Virus record (IMG/VR): IMGVR_UViG_3300023053_000001
Coordinates: 96,001-160,000 of that record
Length of the DNA stretch: 64,000 nt
Strand: one strand, 5' to 3'
DNA from: a virus
Lineage: Duplodnaviria; Caudoviricetes
Of the stretch, positions 19,162 through 28,476 are shown in pieces. The notes under the pieces are model-generated. The model was not told where the DNA came from. It did no database searches and saw only the letters and a list, made by a program, of their open reading frames with translations. How positions within the stretch are numbered: position 1 is the stretch's first letter; each line of letters opens with the position of its first letter. The position numbers and the translations under genes were made by a program.

Positions 19162-22100
19162 ATGACCACTCCAACCGATAGCCCTGCCCGTTTGACGGGC
19201 CAGCAGTACATCGATCTGTATCTCGATCCGATCCTGCAAGAACTGGGTATCCAGCGTACGCATCTGGATGTCAGCTACTTTCCGGCCGAAAACCGGATTC
19301 ACCTGAAAGCCCGTGAGTTTGCCACCACGGGCGAGCCGGGTAACCTCATCAACGAAAAGTCCTTCAGTTACCTGCGTCAGGATCTGACGAAGCTGTTCCC
19401 GGCCCCGTTGCTGTACAAGGGCGAGTGGCCGATCAAGTACCGTGCATTGGCGCAGTACATGCTCACTACCTACGGCATCGTCATGGAGGAAGGAGAGTTC
19501 TTCGTCGGCAATGAAAATGTCGGTATGACGCCGGGCATGGAAGATGAGATCGCCCTGACCCCACCAGTTACCACTGGCCTGATCACCTTTTTTGCTAATG
19601 ACAAGTCGCTGCGTTTTGCCACCGACAGCTGGTTCAACATCATCGTCCATGACACGGTGGGGCGTACGCGCCTGAATGCGCTTTATGACGTGGCCTTGCG
19701 CGGGGACATGAATTCCCTGCACACCGACGCGGACCTGATCTCCATCGACAGTACGCTGTTCCTGAGCACCGGTCATGCGTGCGTGCGCGATCTGTTCCGC
19801 CGTCTCTACGGCATGGTGCCCGATGATTCGCAGGTCAGTTGGACCTACGCTGTCAATGGCCAGTACATGCGTGCTTCGATGCAGGCTCGGACCACCGAGA
19901 CCGGTACCGGTGCAACCGGTAAGTATTCCGGCGGTGCGTACATGGACTACACCCGTGCCAATTTGAATACGGTCATCCCGATGCCGTTGAACATCGACGG
20001 TACCAACGAGATGTCCTATGAGGTGTTCTCCCGCTTCATGCTCAACAGCTACGGGCTGCTGATGGAAGAGGGCGAGTTCTATCTCCTGTCTGATCCGACC
20101 AAGAAGCCGCTGGTGCCGGGAGACATCGTCAAGTTCGTCCCGGACAACGGTGAAGCCGATGCGCTGGTGGCTACGGTCAACTCTCGCCGCTTCCAGCCTG
20201 GCTCATCGGTCAACCTCAAGTTGATCTTCCCCAGCCTGCTGGTGGTGTTGGGTAAAGTACCTACCGTTGCTCCGGGTGAAACCATCGCCTATCGTTATCA
20301 GCTGCGTGGCGGTTTTGTGCCGTACATTCTGCTGGATACCTCCGGTCTGCCGAGCACCGTTACGCTCTCCGCCGATGGTTGGTTGCGCGGTACGGCGCCT
20401 TCGGGCAGCTATCCGTTCACGGCACGCTGGCGCGATAACGCCGGTACCATCGCCTATCTGGAAGACACGATTCTGGTGGAGACGCCGGAATTGAAAGCGC
20501 CACTGGAAGTGAGTCTGACCATCGACCACACCCCGGTTGTTCACTACTCGGTAGTGGCACCAAAGGTACTGATGACCATCAAGGTTCCCGAAGATGGCGC
20601 AGCCGATGGCGTGGTGTTCTCTTGGGGTGATACGACCGATACCAATGGTCCGCCGTACCTGATGGCCGTCGGTCCGGAAATGGAATATGCAGGTTCCGGT
20701 TCGAGTAAGTGGGTTCGCCCGGAGTGGGTGAACTGGGGTCTGGATCTGGCTGAGATGGGCATGGATCAATCCACGGTGACGACGGTGCCGATTCAGGCAT
20801 GGCCCAATCAGAAGTTCCGCTTCTCGTTGCGCGATGACCTGCCTGCTGGGACGTACGTCATCGAAGTGCCGGTGTTCGCCCTGAGTCTGCAGCCGGGACG
20901 TACCCACAAGCTGAATATGGGCTTCACCAACAACGACGGTAATGAAGAGCTGCTGGCGCTGGATGTGCCGATCGTAGCCTATCAGGCCCCGACGTTGGAA
21001 TGGAGTACCGTACCTGCTCAACCGATGGCTGCCACGAAGATTCGCATCAACGGCAAACTGACCTTCCCGTCACCTTACGTACCGGATCAGATGGATCGGA
21101 TGGACTTTGACTTCCAGGACACTGGCGCAGTCATCGTCAGTAACATCACTTCCGATTCGCCGCTGGTGGGCCGCACCGGTGATGTGGCTGAACCTTCGCG
21201 ATTGATCTTCGAAGGATTGACCCCGTTCAGTCCGGCCGGCGAGTACAACTTCAGCTTCGATCTTCAGTTGACCGAGGATATGCCGTACCTGGAGACGTAC
21301 TACGTGGGCGGGATCTTCTACCCCGGTGGTCAGAACCGTGCTCCGGTATCCAACACGAAGCAGTTGCAGCTGACGCCGCAGGCTCGCCCTGAAGTGACCA
21401 TCAGCGCGCAGCCGGCCACGGTCGTTGAGGGCACCTCGACGGTGGTACGCATTGACCTGAACATCCCGGCGCCGAAGGCACTGACCATTCCGATCAGCTA
21501 CGAAGAATCCACTGCGACGCTGGGGGTTGATTTCACGGGTCGTGACAGCGTGTCGATCCCGGAAGGGTATCAGTCCACGACGTTTGTAATCGATACCGTG
21601 GAGAACAACTCGCAGAGTAGCGACTCGCGGATTCGTGTCTGGGCTGGTGGCGGTCCCAACCATTCGGTGGTAGGTTCCGGTTACACGGACATCAATGTGG
21701 CCAAAGCCATCGTGACCTCGGGATGGTACATCACCTCTGACCAGAAGCTCTACAGCGCTGAGTTCGACAAGTTCGCCAGTACGGTCGGTAAAGGCGTGCC
21801 GATGCCCTTGGCACAGATCCTGAGTAATGAGTACATCGAGCTGAACTACAGTCCGTCCTATGCTGGCGCCTACTGGCGTCCGTTGGGTGAGTCGGCATGG
21901 CGTTCGATCCCGCTGCAGGCCCATGGTCGCTGCATCGTGGGGACGAAGATCTGGTCAACGGCAGTGAGCGATGCAGTGCAGTATTTGGATACTGCGACGG
22001 GGCAGACGGTACAGACCACGGCAGCCCGCGGTAACTTGCTGCAGGGCTGTAAGAAGCTGATGGTCAAGTACAACGCCAGTAACAACAGTTGGGACACCTC

Positions 22101-24237
22101 GCAGATCTCCATTGACGAAGGTGCGACGTGGACTGAACGTGGGGACTTCATCGGCTTCCCGAACAATCCGTGTAGTGCCACCGACGGTCAGGTAGTCATG
22201 ATCGGTGGCGCCGACGGCGGTAACCTCAACTTGGCCATGATCGACCAGACCGGTACGATCTACACACGTCAGCTGACCGGCGCTGGGGCAGGTACCGCGA
22301 TGGTGGCCATCGTGCCGCTGGAAACGGGTTGGATGGTCATCACGCAGGAAGGGAAGGTCTACACGTCCCCAGCTGCTGATCCGTTGAACTTCACTGCCGC
22401 TACGGGCTTTACCACGACCGAACAACCGTGGGCAGCCCGTGGTGACGGCACTCGTGTCATGCTGATTACCCGAGAAGGTTCGGTGTGGACCAACGCGGAC
22501 TCGGCACAAGGACCGTGGTCGAAGGTCGGCTCGCCTGTCACCAACACCACGCTCACTGACGTCATGCTGCGCGGTTTGCAGTACAAGCGTTACAACGTGG
22601 TCGATGACATCATCGGTACGGTCACTCCGACTGTGTGGTATCGTCTCAACGATGTGGCGCCCAACGGTATCGCCCGTGACTCCAGCGGTAATGGGTATCA
22701 TGGTGCGTACTCGGCTACCGCAGCGGTGGGCGTTGGATTGAGCAACACCGGTAAGTCACTGGCCCCGCAGGGCAACACAACTGAAGGTGGCTTCACGATC
22801 CCGGGTACGGGCTTTACGCTCAATGCAGCTAACCTGCAGAAGGGTCAGTTCTGGAACGTGTTCCTCAAGCGCGATCCGACCAAGGCCGTGGGTAGTCAGT
22901 ACCAGCACATCGTGGGCGACAGTCAGGACGCGGGCTTGGCTTGCGGCTTCCAGGTGTCCGGGGGTGATGAGGAAGTGCAGTGGAACATGAACCGTCAGCA
23001 CCAAGCGACGGCCTCGCGACCGCGTACGCCCATGCCTGACACTGAGGCGCACATGTACACGATCGTCTTCCGTCCGCAGGGCGGTCGTGATCGGTACAGC
23101 TCCTACGTGGACGGTAAGCGAGTGACGACGCTGCTGCCGAACTCTGGCATTGAACCGCTGACCAGTTCGGCCATGCTCTACGGCGGTAGTCCCAATCGCT
23201 ATAGTTCGTCGTATGGGAATGCGACGTTCATGTCCGAGCTGATGGCAGGTCCGGGCTGGGCCACCGATGCAGAGGAAGCCTCGGCCATTGCCAAGTTGTA
23301 CGATCTGCTCAAGCCAGCACCGGTTGTGTGGAATGACGACTGGACAGTGCGGAGCAACATCGGTGGCGGTCACACGGTAGGTTACAGTCCGAAGTTGAAC
23401 CGCATGGTGGTGGGTGACTTCACCTCGGCCAAGATCTCCTACAGTGACGATGTGGGTCAGACATGGACGGCTGCTACGGTTCCCAGCGGCACCAAGTTCG
23501 AACAGTTCATCTGGAGTGATCGACTGCAGCTGTTCATTGGTTGCGGTTTGTCCTCTGCGAAGGTCTGGTCGGTTGACGGTATCACCTGGACTCAAGGTGG
23601 CGGTAGTAGCGAGTACGGAGTCATCCTGATCGATACGCCCACCAAGGTGCTGGCTTTCAATAGCGATGGTGCGGCCATGGTCAGTCAGTCTGCTGACGGT
23701 AAAACTTGGAGTTGGAGCGGACAAAACATCCCCAGTGACATGGGGTCACCGAATGCGGTTGCCTACAGTCCCGAGGAAGATCGGGTCGTGGTGGCTTACA
23801 GTTCGGGGCGCTTCCTCTACAACAACAACGCCCTGCCGACCAACACTGTGTGGACGCGTACCGGTCAGTTCTCCGCAGCGATCAAGGACATTTTGTGGTC
23901 TTCGGATCATCAGGCGTTCTTTGCGTTGGTGGCGACCACTCCGGCGACGGTCATGCGGAGTGCCAACGGCCGTACGGACTGGGAGGTCGTATACACCGCA
24001 CCGGCTGCACACGGCGCTGCCGGCCGGATGGCGTACTCACTGCAGCACGGCTTCTTGCTGATCAATACCAGTAATACGCACATGGTTCGCGCTGATCGAG
24101 ATTGGGTGCAAACGTCTGCCAAGGCGGTGTCGCTGGATCTGGGTAGCGTCAACTATGGTCTGGAATGGATTCCTAAGCTGCAACGCTTTGTCCTCTCGGG
24201 TTATACCAAGACGGCATTGAGTAACAGCGCGCCATAA
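19162..24237 (+). CDS. Giant multidomain tail protein (duplicated phiKZ-type N-module, Ig-like, Calx-beta-like, propeller, LamG-like, BNR propeller)
   Basis: Start set at the ATG at 19162 (GGAG RBS). Tandem module YGIVMEEGEF/YGLLMEEGEF; Ig-like LRGGFVPY...GSYPFTARWRD; Calx-beta-like PEVTISAQPATVVEG; LamG-like VWYRLND...RDSSGNGYHG; Asp-boxes SIDEGATW, SDDVGQTW, SVDGITW, SADGKTW. Confidence 0.75.
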   Translation: MTTPTDSPARLTGQQYIDLYLDPILQELGIQRTHLDVSYFPAENRIHLKAREFATTGEPGNLINEKSFSYLRQDLTKLFPAPLLYKGEWPIKYRALAQYMLTTYGIVMEEGEFFVGNENVGMTPGMEDEIALTPPVTTGLITFFANDKSLRFATDSWFNIIVHDTVGRTRLNALYDVALRGDMNSLHTDADLISIDSTLFLSTGHACVRDLFRRLYGMVPDDSQVSWTYAVNGQYMRASMQARTTETGTGATGKYSGGAYMDYTRANLNTVIPMPLNIDGTNEMSYEVFSRFMLNSYGLLMEEGEFYLLSDPTKKPLVPGDIVKFVPDNGEADALVATVNSRRFQPGSSVNLKLIFPSLLVVLGKVPTVAPGETIAYRYQLRGGFVPYILLDTSGLPSTVTLSADGWLRGTAPSGSYPFTARWRDNAGTIAYLEDTILVETPELKAPLEVSLTIDHTPVVHYSVVAPKVLMTIKVPEDGAADGVVFSWGDTTDTNGPPYLMAVGPEMEYAGSGSSKWVRPEWVNWGLDLAEMGMDQSTVTTVPIQAWPNQKFRFSLRDDLPAGTYVIEVPVFALSLQPGRTHKLNMGFTNNDGNEELLALDVPIVAYQAPTLEWSTVPAQPMAATKIRINGKLTFPSPYVPDQMDRMDFDFQDTGAVIVSNITSDSPLVGRTGDVAEPSRLIFEGLTPFSPAGEYNFSFDLQLTEDMPYLETYYVGGIFYPGGQNRAPVSNTKQLQLTPQARPEVTISAQPATVVEGTSTVVRIDLNIPAPKALTIPISYEESTATLGVDFTGRDSVSIPEGYQSTTFVIDTVENNSQSSDSRIRVWAGGGPNHSVVGSGYTDINVAKAIVTSGWYITSDQKLYSAEFDKFASTVGKGVPMPLAQILSNEYIELNYSPSYAGAYWRPLGESAWRSIPLQAHGRCIVGTKIWSTAVSDAVQYLDTATGQTVQTTAARGNLLQGCKKLMVKYNASNNSWDTSQISIDEGATWTERGDFIGFPNNPCSATDGQVVMIGGADGGNLNLAMIDQTGTIYTRQLTGAGAGTAMVAIVPLETGWMVITQEGKVYTSPAADPLNFTAATGFTTTEQPWAARGDGTRVMLITREGSVWTNADSAQGPWSKVGSPVTNTTLTDVMLRGLQYKRYNVVDDIIGTVTPTVWYRLNDVAPNGIARDSSGNGYHGAYSATAAVGVGLSNTGKSLAPQGNTTEGGFTIPGTGFTLNAANLQKGQFWNVFLKRDPTKAVGSQYQHIVGDSQDAGLACGFQVSGGDEEVQWNMNRQHQATASRPRTPMPDTEAHMYTIVFRPQGGRDRYSSYVDGKRVTTLLPNSGIEPLTSSAMLYGGSPNRYSSSYGNATFMSELMAGPGWATDAEEASAIAKLYDLLKPAPVVWNDDWTVRSNIGGGHTVGYSPKLNRMVVGDFTSAKISYSDDVGQTWTAATVPSGTKFEQFIWSDRLQLFIGCGLSSAKVWSVDGITWTQGGGSSEYGVILIDTPTKVLAFNSDGAAMVSQSADGKTWSWSGQNIPSDMGSPNAVAYSPEEDRVVVAYSSGRFLYNNNALPTNTVWTRTGQFSAAIKDILWSSDHQAFFALVATTPATVMRSANGRTDWEVVYTAPAAHGAAGRMAYSLQHGFLLINTSNTHMVRADRDWVQTSAKAVSLDLGSVNYGLEWIPKLQRFVLSGYTKTALSNSAP

Positions 24238-24276
24238 GCAATCCCCCTCCTCCCTTCGGGGAGGAGGGTTTTATGC
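24238..24276. terminator. Hairpin terminator nearly identical to the one at 19076
   Basis: CCCTCCTCCC-TTCG-GGGAGGAGGG followed by TTTTATGC. Confidence 0.85.
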
Positions 24277-24349
24277 TCTTTGTTTTTGTTCCTTTATCTT
24301 GTGTAAAAATCTACACTTTCCCCATTTTCACTATCTCAGAGGTGTTCTC

Positions 24350-26437
24350 ATGTCTGGAGAACTGCAAGCCAAATCGTGGTCTCCGGCCCACGTCACTGTG
24401 CCGCTGCGTATGGTCGGACAGGGTGTGGGTACGGACGGTCTGTCACTGTCTGTCCAGCCCTCGCTCGGCTATTCCGCCAACGGTAAAGTCAAGGGCATGG
24501 TTCGTCCTCAGGGTCGCCATTGGTTCGTGGTCACCGTACCCCAGCCGCTGACTGGTAACAATGATGCCAGTAGCCTGCAGTTGGATTTCGGCCAACATTC
24601 TCGACTGGGCCATGTCTCGGTACGCGGTAACGTTATCAGTGATGGTACCAACGAGATCTACATCCCCTCTGGTCCGTTCAAGCTGTTGGTCCTGATCGAT
24701 TTCACCGATACCACCAATCTGGCCACCGTGCGCGTGTTGGGTCTGTCCAACGGCAGTGAGACCACGCTGGCAACGCTGAACCTGCCCGTGGAGTCCACGG
24801 ATCTGGGTCTGATGATGGGCCTGTCGCTGCACTCGCTGCGCAACGACGCACTGACCGCTTCCATCGATGCAACCAAGCCGGCCTTGGCGCCGGTGCAAAT
24901 CCCGATCGGCTACGAGCCGCTGGTCATGGTGGGCGCTACCATTGATAGCTCCATCGCCACACCGGCAATGCTCCAGGCTGATCGCGATGGCGTTTATGAC
25001 GACTACGTGTTCCGCAAGGGTAGCCAGTTCATGTGGCTGACCACCGGTCTGCATGCACTGCAGCCGGTCAGCGTGTATCCCACCTCCAAGGACAATGCCG
25101 TCGTTGACGGCAAGCGCGAGTTCACCAAACCGGTGATTGTCCAGGGCATGGAGATCCGCGCGGACCTGCGTAATCTGGCGGTTCGTCGCCCCACCACCGT
25201 TGCGGCACCGGGTCCGAGTTTCACTCTGCTCAACACAGGGAACTTGCCCGTCTTCGCCAACGGTCACGTGATTGGCCCGATCATGGACAACGCCCTGAAG
25301 ATCCGCAATACCGTTGCGATGGGTGAAGGTTTCGGTGGTGCGCTCAACGTATCCGAATCGGCCTTGATGACCATGGCCTCTGGTGCAGCTGCTACTGTGG
25401 ATCGCTCCTCGATCTTCGGTACCAACTTGCTGCCGCAGGTGGTTGCCATCAAGCGTGCCACGGTGTTGGGTAATGACATCGGTAAGGTCGCCACGCAGTT
25501 GGAAGACACGGTCGCCGCCGGTAATGACCTGCTTGCTGCGATGACGGAGATCTTCAACTCGGTCGTGATCGGCGCGCGGGCGCACAATGCCCAGCAACGT
25601 ATTGAACGAGCCGTCACCATCGGCCATGGCGCGGCCCACACGGCCATCGCAGATGGCGCTGTGGTGTTGGGCTATCGTGCAGGCTATACGGGCACAGCGC
25701 TCAATGCAGTGGCTCTGGGCAGCGATGCTGGTACGACGCTGTTTGACTACTCTGTCGCGCTGGGCGCTGAAGCGCAGGCTCCGGGTAAGCGCGCCGTGCA
25801 GCTGGGTCGCTTCGATAACCGAGTGGTGGGACATCACGGCTACAACACTCGCGCCGATGAGCGTGATGTGGGTCGCCGGCAGATGGCCACCAGCCTGGGT
25901 CTGGCATTCATCCGGGAGTTGAAGGTCGAAGAGATCGGTTGGAACTACCGCGATGCCTACATCGATGCATTGCCTGTCCCACCGCGTCCGTTGTCCGCTG
26001 AACCGACGGTCCCCACCATCCAACCCAATGAATCGGGTTACCAGGATGCATTGGTGGCTTATCAGGAAGCCAGCCGCCTGTGGTTGATTGATCGTGATCG
26101 CTACAGCGCCGAATCACTCAAGTACGCTACGGCTATTGAACGTTGCATGCGTCAGCGCATGTTGCGGGAAAAGCAGCCCGATGCCAGCAAGACTGACCAG
26201 CGGTTGGAACTGACGGTACTGGCCGACTCCATTGAACTGGCTGCCCGGAAGGTGGGTGCCCCGCAGTCGATCGTCACCGACTACAGCGCAGGCGGCCAGC
26301 AGGTCAAGACCCGCGATGATGGCCAGATGATCGCAGCGCTGGTGCTCTCGGTCCAGCAACTGGACGCCTACGTGCACAGTGATGAATTCGCCGAACGTGT
26401 GGCCGCGCAACAGCTCAAGCTGATGCACGGTCTGTAA
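24350..26437 (+). CDS. Tail fibre/spike with YadA-head-like repeats and a degenerate S74-type chaperone domain
   Basis: ATG at 24350 with a GAGGT RBS. Repeats AVVLGYRA, AVALGSDA, SVALGAEA, AVQLG precede RADERDV...LGLAFIRELKV and a terminal LVLSVQQL coiled coil. Confidence 0.7.
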   Translation: MSGELQAKSWSPAHVTVPLRMVGQGVGTDGLSLSVQPSLGYSANGKVKGMVRPQGRHWFVVTVPQPLTGNNDASSLQLDFGQHSRLGHVSVRGNVISDGTNEIYIPSGPFKLLVLIDFTDTTNLATVRVLGLSNGSETTLATLNLPVESTDLGLMMGLSLHSLRNDALTASIDATKPALAPVQIPIGYEPLVMVGATIDSSIATPAMLQADRDGVYDDYVFRKGSQFMWLTTGLHALQPVSVYPTSKDNAVVDGKREFTKPVIVQGMEIRADLRNLAVRRPTTVAAPGPSFTLLNTGNLPVFANGHVIGPIMDNALKIRNTVAMGEGFGGALNVSESALMTMASGAAATVDRSSIFGTNLLPQVVAIKRATVLGNDIGKVATQLEDTVAAGNDLLAAMTEIFNSVVIGARAHNAQQRIERAVTIGHGAAHTAIADGAVVLGYRAGYTGTALNAVALGSDAGTTLFDYSVALGAEAQAPGKRAVQLGRFDNRVVGHHGYNTRADERDVGRRQMATSLGLAFIRELKVEEIGWNYRDAYIDALPVPPRPLSAEPTVPTIQPNESGYQDALVAYQEASRLWLIDRDRYSAESLKYATAIERCMRQRMLREKQPDASKTDQRLELTVLADSIELAARKVGAPQSIVTDYSAGGQQVKTRDDGQMIAALVLSVQQLDAYVHSDEFAERVAAQQLKLMHGL

Positions 26438-26459
26438 CCTGAACCTAGAGGTATTCGCG

Positions 26460-28451
26460 ATGTATTTGACACTCGACGCACTGATGCGACTGCCGCTGGC
26501 TGAGAAAGCGGAGTTGTTTCAGAAAGTGTTGGTTCAGCACGCCGGTAAGTTCTATCAACTCGAACTGAACGCGCTGGGCCAAACCCTGCTCGGGGAGATC
26601 CCCGAACAAATCCGTCAGTTGCAGAACAGCCCGCAGCCCTCGCCTTGGGCGCGGCCGATGGTTCTGCGTGTGACTGGTGATGCTGAAGGTAACGTGGTGT
26701 TCGACGGTACCCAAGACGTGGAAATGGAGCTGAAGTTCAACTACGGCAATCTCTCGGTAGATGACGTAGAAGGACTGGCTCCGATCCTGCTGAGCCTGAC
26801 CCGTCAGGTCAAGGCAGCCGTGGAGGCGTCTGGTGCCGAGGGCGCTGCCAAGCTCCTCACCCCGATCACCATCAAGCTCGAAGGCGATGTCACCGGCTCC
26901 CTGGAGAAGTTCGATGGCAGTAAGGACGTCTCGGTACGTCTGGCGCTGTCTGAGACGCTGCGTAACCAGCTGAAGAACTCCTTCCTGGGTACCATTGCCA
27001 TTCCCGACGTAAACGCCGACACGGTGGCTTACACGGGCGCTGTGGCCGTCACGGGTGGTACGAACTTCCCGGCCGGCACTGGCTTGCTGTGGAATGTCGC
27101 CGGCGCTGCCAAGGTCGGCGGTCAGTTCTTCCAGAGTCCGGAAGGTCGCCTGTGGCACCGCATGACCGGTGGGGACAAGAAAGTTGCCTTCACTGAAATC
27201 CACACCACTGCCAGCTTCAATCCGGACAGTAAGGCTGAGAAAGCCGACGCTCTGGGATTGGTGCGTGAGTCCAAGGATCTGCACGCTCAGTCCCTGGCGG
27301 CACTGAACCGCTGGCAGAAGGGCGCCGCTAACGCTCCGTCTGATCGTGGCGTGTATCTGGAAACCGTTTCGGCTTCCGGTCGCCGCGATGCGCTGTTGGG
27401 TAACCAGTTGGACCGCCTGATGTTCAGTGCGGACGGTCGGGTGTTCCATCAGCAGAACGTGGACAACGGTGATTGGACTCGACGTGAGTTCTATCACACC
27501 GACAACTTCACTCCGGCTGATAAAGCGGATCTGCGCAATCCGAAGTTCCTGACTGGCGTAGGTATCTACCCCGGTTCGGCGAGTACCTCGCAGAACCTGC
27601 TGCACCTGGGTTGGGAGTCGGGTAAACACCGCTGGAAACTGGATCTGGAATCTGATGCCAGTCTCACCCTGAACGCCTATAGCGCCGATCGCAAGGAACA
27701 GCATCGCCTGATGCGCCTGCGTTCACGACTGGCCGGCGGTAAGAGTGAGCTGGAACTGCTGGCCAATCGTACTCGCATCGGTGTGGGTACGCTGACGGCC
27801 ATCTACGGGTTCAATCAGGATGATTGGGGTCTGTTCAATACCGCCACCACCATCGGCTTCACCGACGGCAAGGAAGCGATTACGTACGTGACCAAGCATG
27901 ACCGCACGCTGATCCATGAAGGTTCACTGGAAGTGGACAGTCGCATCGAAGCACGGCGCGTGTACGCGCAGTGGGATGCGGGTATGGATGGCGGCATGTC
28001 CTGCGACAACTGGTTCCGTTCGGCCGGTAACACCGGTTGGATGAATGCCACCTACGGGGGTGGTTGGTACATGACCGATGAGAAGTACATCCGCTCCTAC
28101 AACGACAAGCGCGTTCTGGCCGGTGGCTTCTCCATGTCCTTCCGTCACGTCAACCGTTCCAGTATCCGCAAGCTGGACTACAACGGTGCCCTGACCCCCA
28201 TCCGGTTCTACAACATCGAAGAAGGCGTCAACGACTACGGGTTTGATTTGGCGCAGTTGGCCGAAGCGTATCCGGAAGCAGTCGAAACACGCAACGGTGC
28301 CACCTGTGTCAGCGTCAACGCTGTCGGTGCCATCTTGTCCGCCCAAAACAATAAGATCGAAAGCGACATCGGCGACACCAATTCGGAAGTGGAGCAATTG
28401 AAGGAACGCGTTCGTGTTCTGGAAGAGCGCTTCGCGGAGTTGGGCCTTTAA
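26460..28451 (+). CDS. Tail fibre with PilV-like module and a degenerate S74-type C-terminus
   Basis: 663 aa. Fibre modules GDAEGNVVFDGTQDV and GDVTGSLEKFDGSKDV, then NWFRSAGNTGW...YGGGWYM, ending YPEAV...EVEQLKERVRVLE. Confidence 0.75.
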   Translation: MYLTLDALMRLPLAEKAELFQKVLVQHAGKFYQLELNALGQTLLGEIPEQIRQLQNSPQPSPWARPMVLRVTGDAEGNVVFDGTQDVEMELKFNYGNLSVDDVEGLAPILLSLTRQVKAAVEASGAEGAAKLLTPITIKLEGDVTGSLEKFDGSKDVSVRLALSETLRNQLKNSFLGTIAIPDVNADTVAYTGAVAVTGGTNFPAGTGLLWNVAGAAKVGGQFFQSPEGRLWHRMTGGDKKVAFTEIHTTASFNPDSKAEKADALGLVRESKDLHAQSLAALNRWQKGAANAPSDRGVYLETVSASGRRDALLGNQLDRLMFSADGRVFHQQNVDNGDWTRREFYHTDNFTPADKADLRNPKFLTGVGIYPGSASTSQNLLHLGWESGKHRWKLDLESDASLTLNAYSADRKEQHRLMRLRSRLAGGKSELELLANRTRIGVGTLTAIYGFNQDDWGLFNTATTIGFTDGKEAITYVTKHDRTLIHEGSLEVDSRIEARRVYAQWDAGMDGGMSCDNWFRSAGNTGWMNATYGGGWYMTDEKYIRSYNDKRVLAGGFSMSFRHVNRSSIRKLDYNGALTPIRFYNIEEGVNDYGFDLAQLAEAYPEAVETRNGATCVSVNAVGAILSAQNNKIESDIGDTNSEVEQLKERVRVLEERFAELGL

Positions 28452-28476
28452 GTCAGACGCAATTTAGGAATTCACC

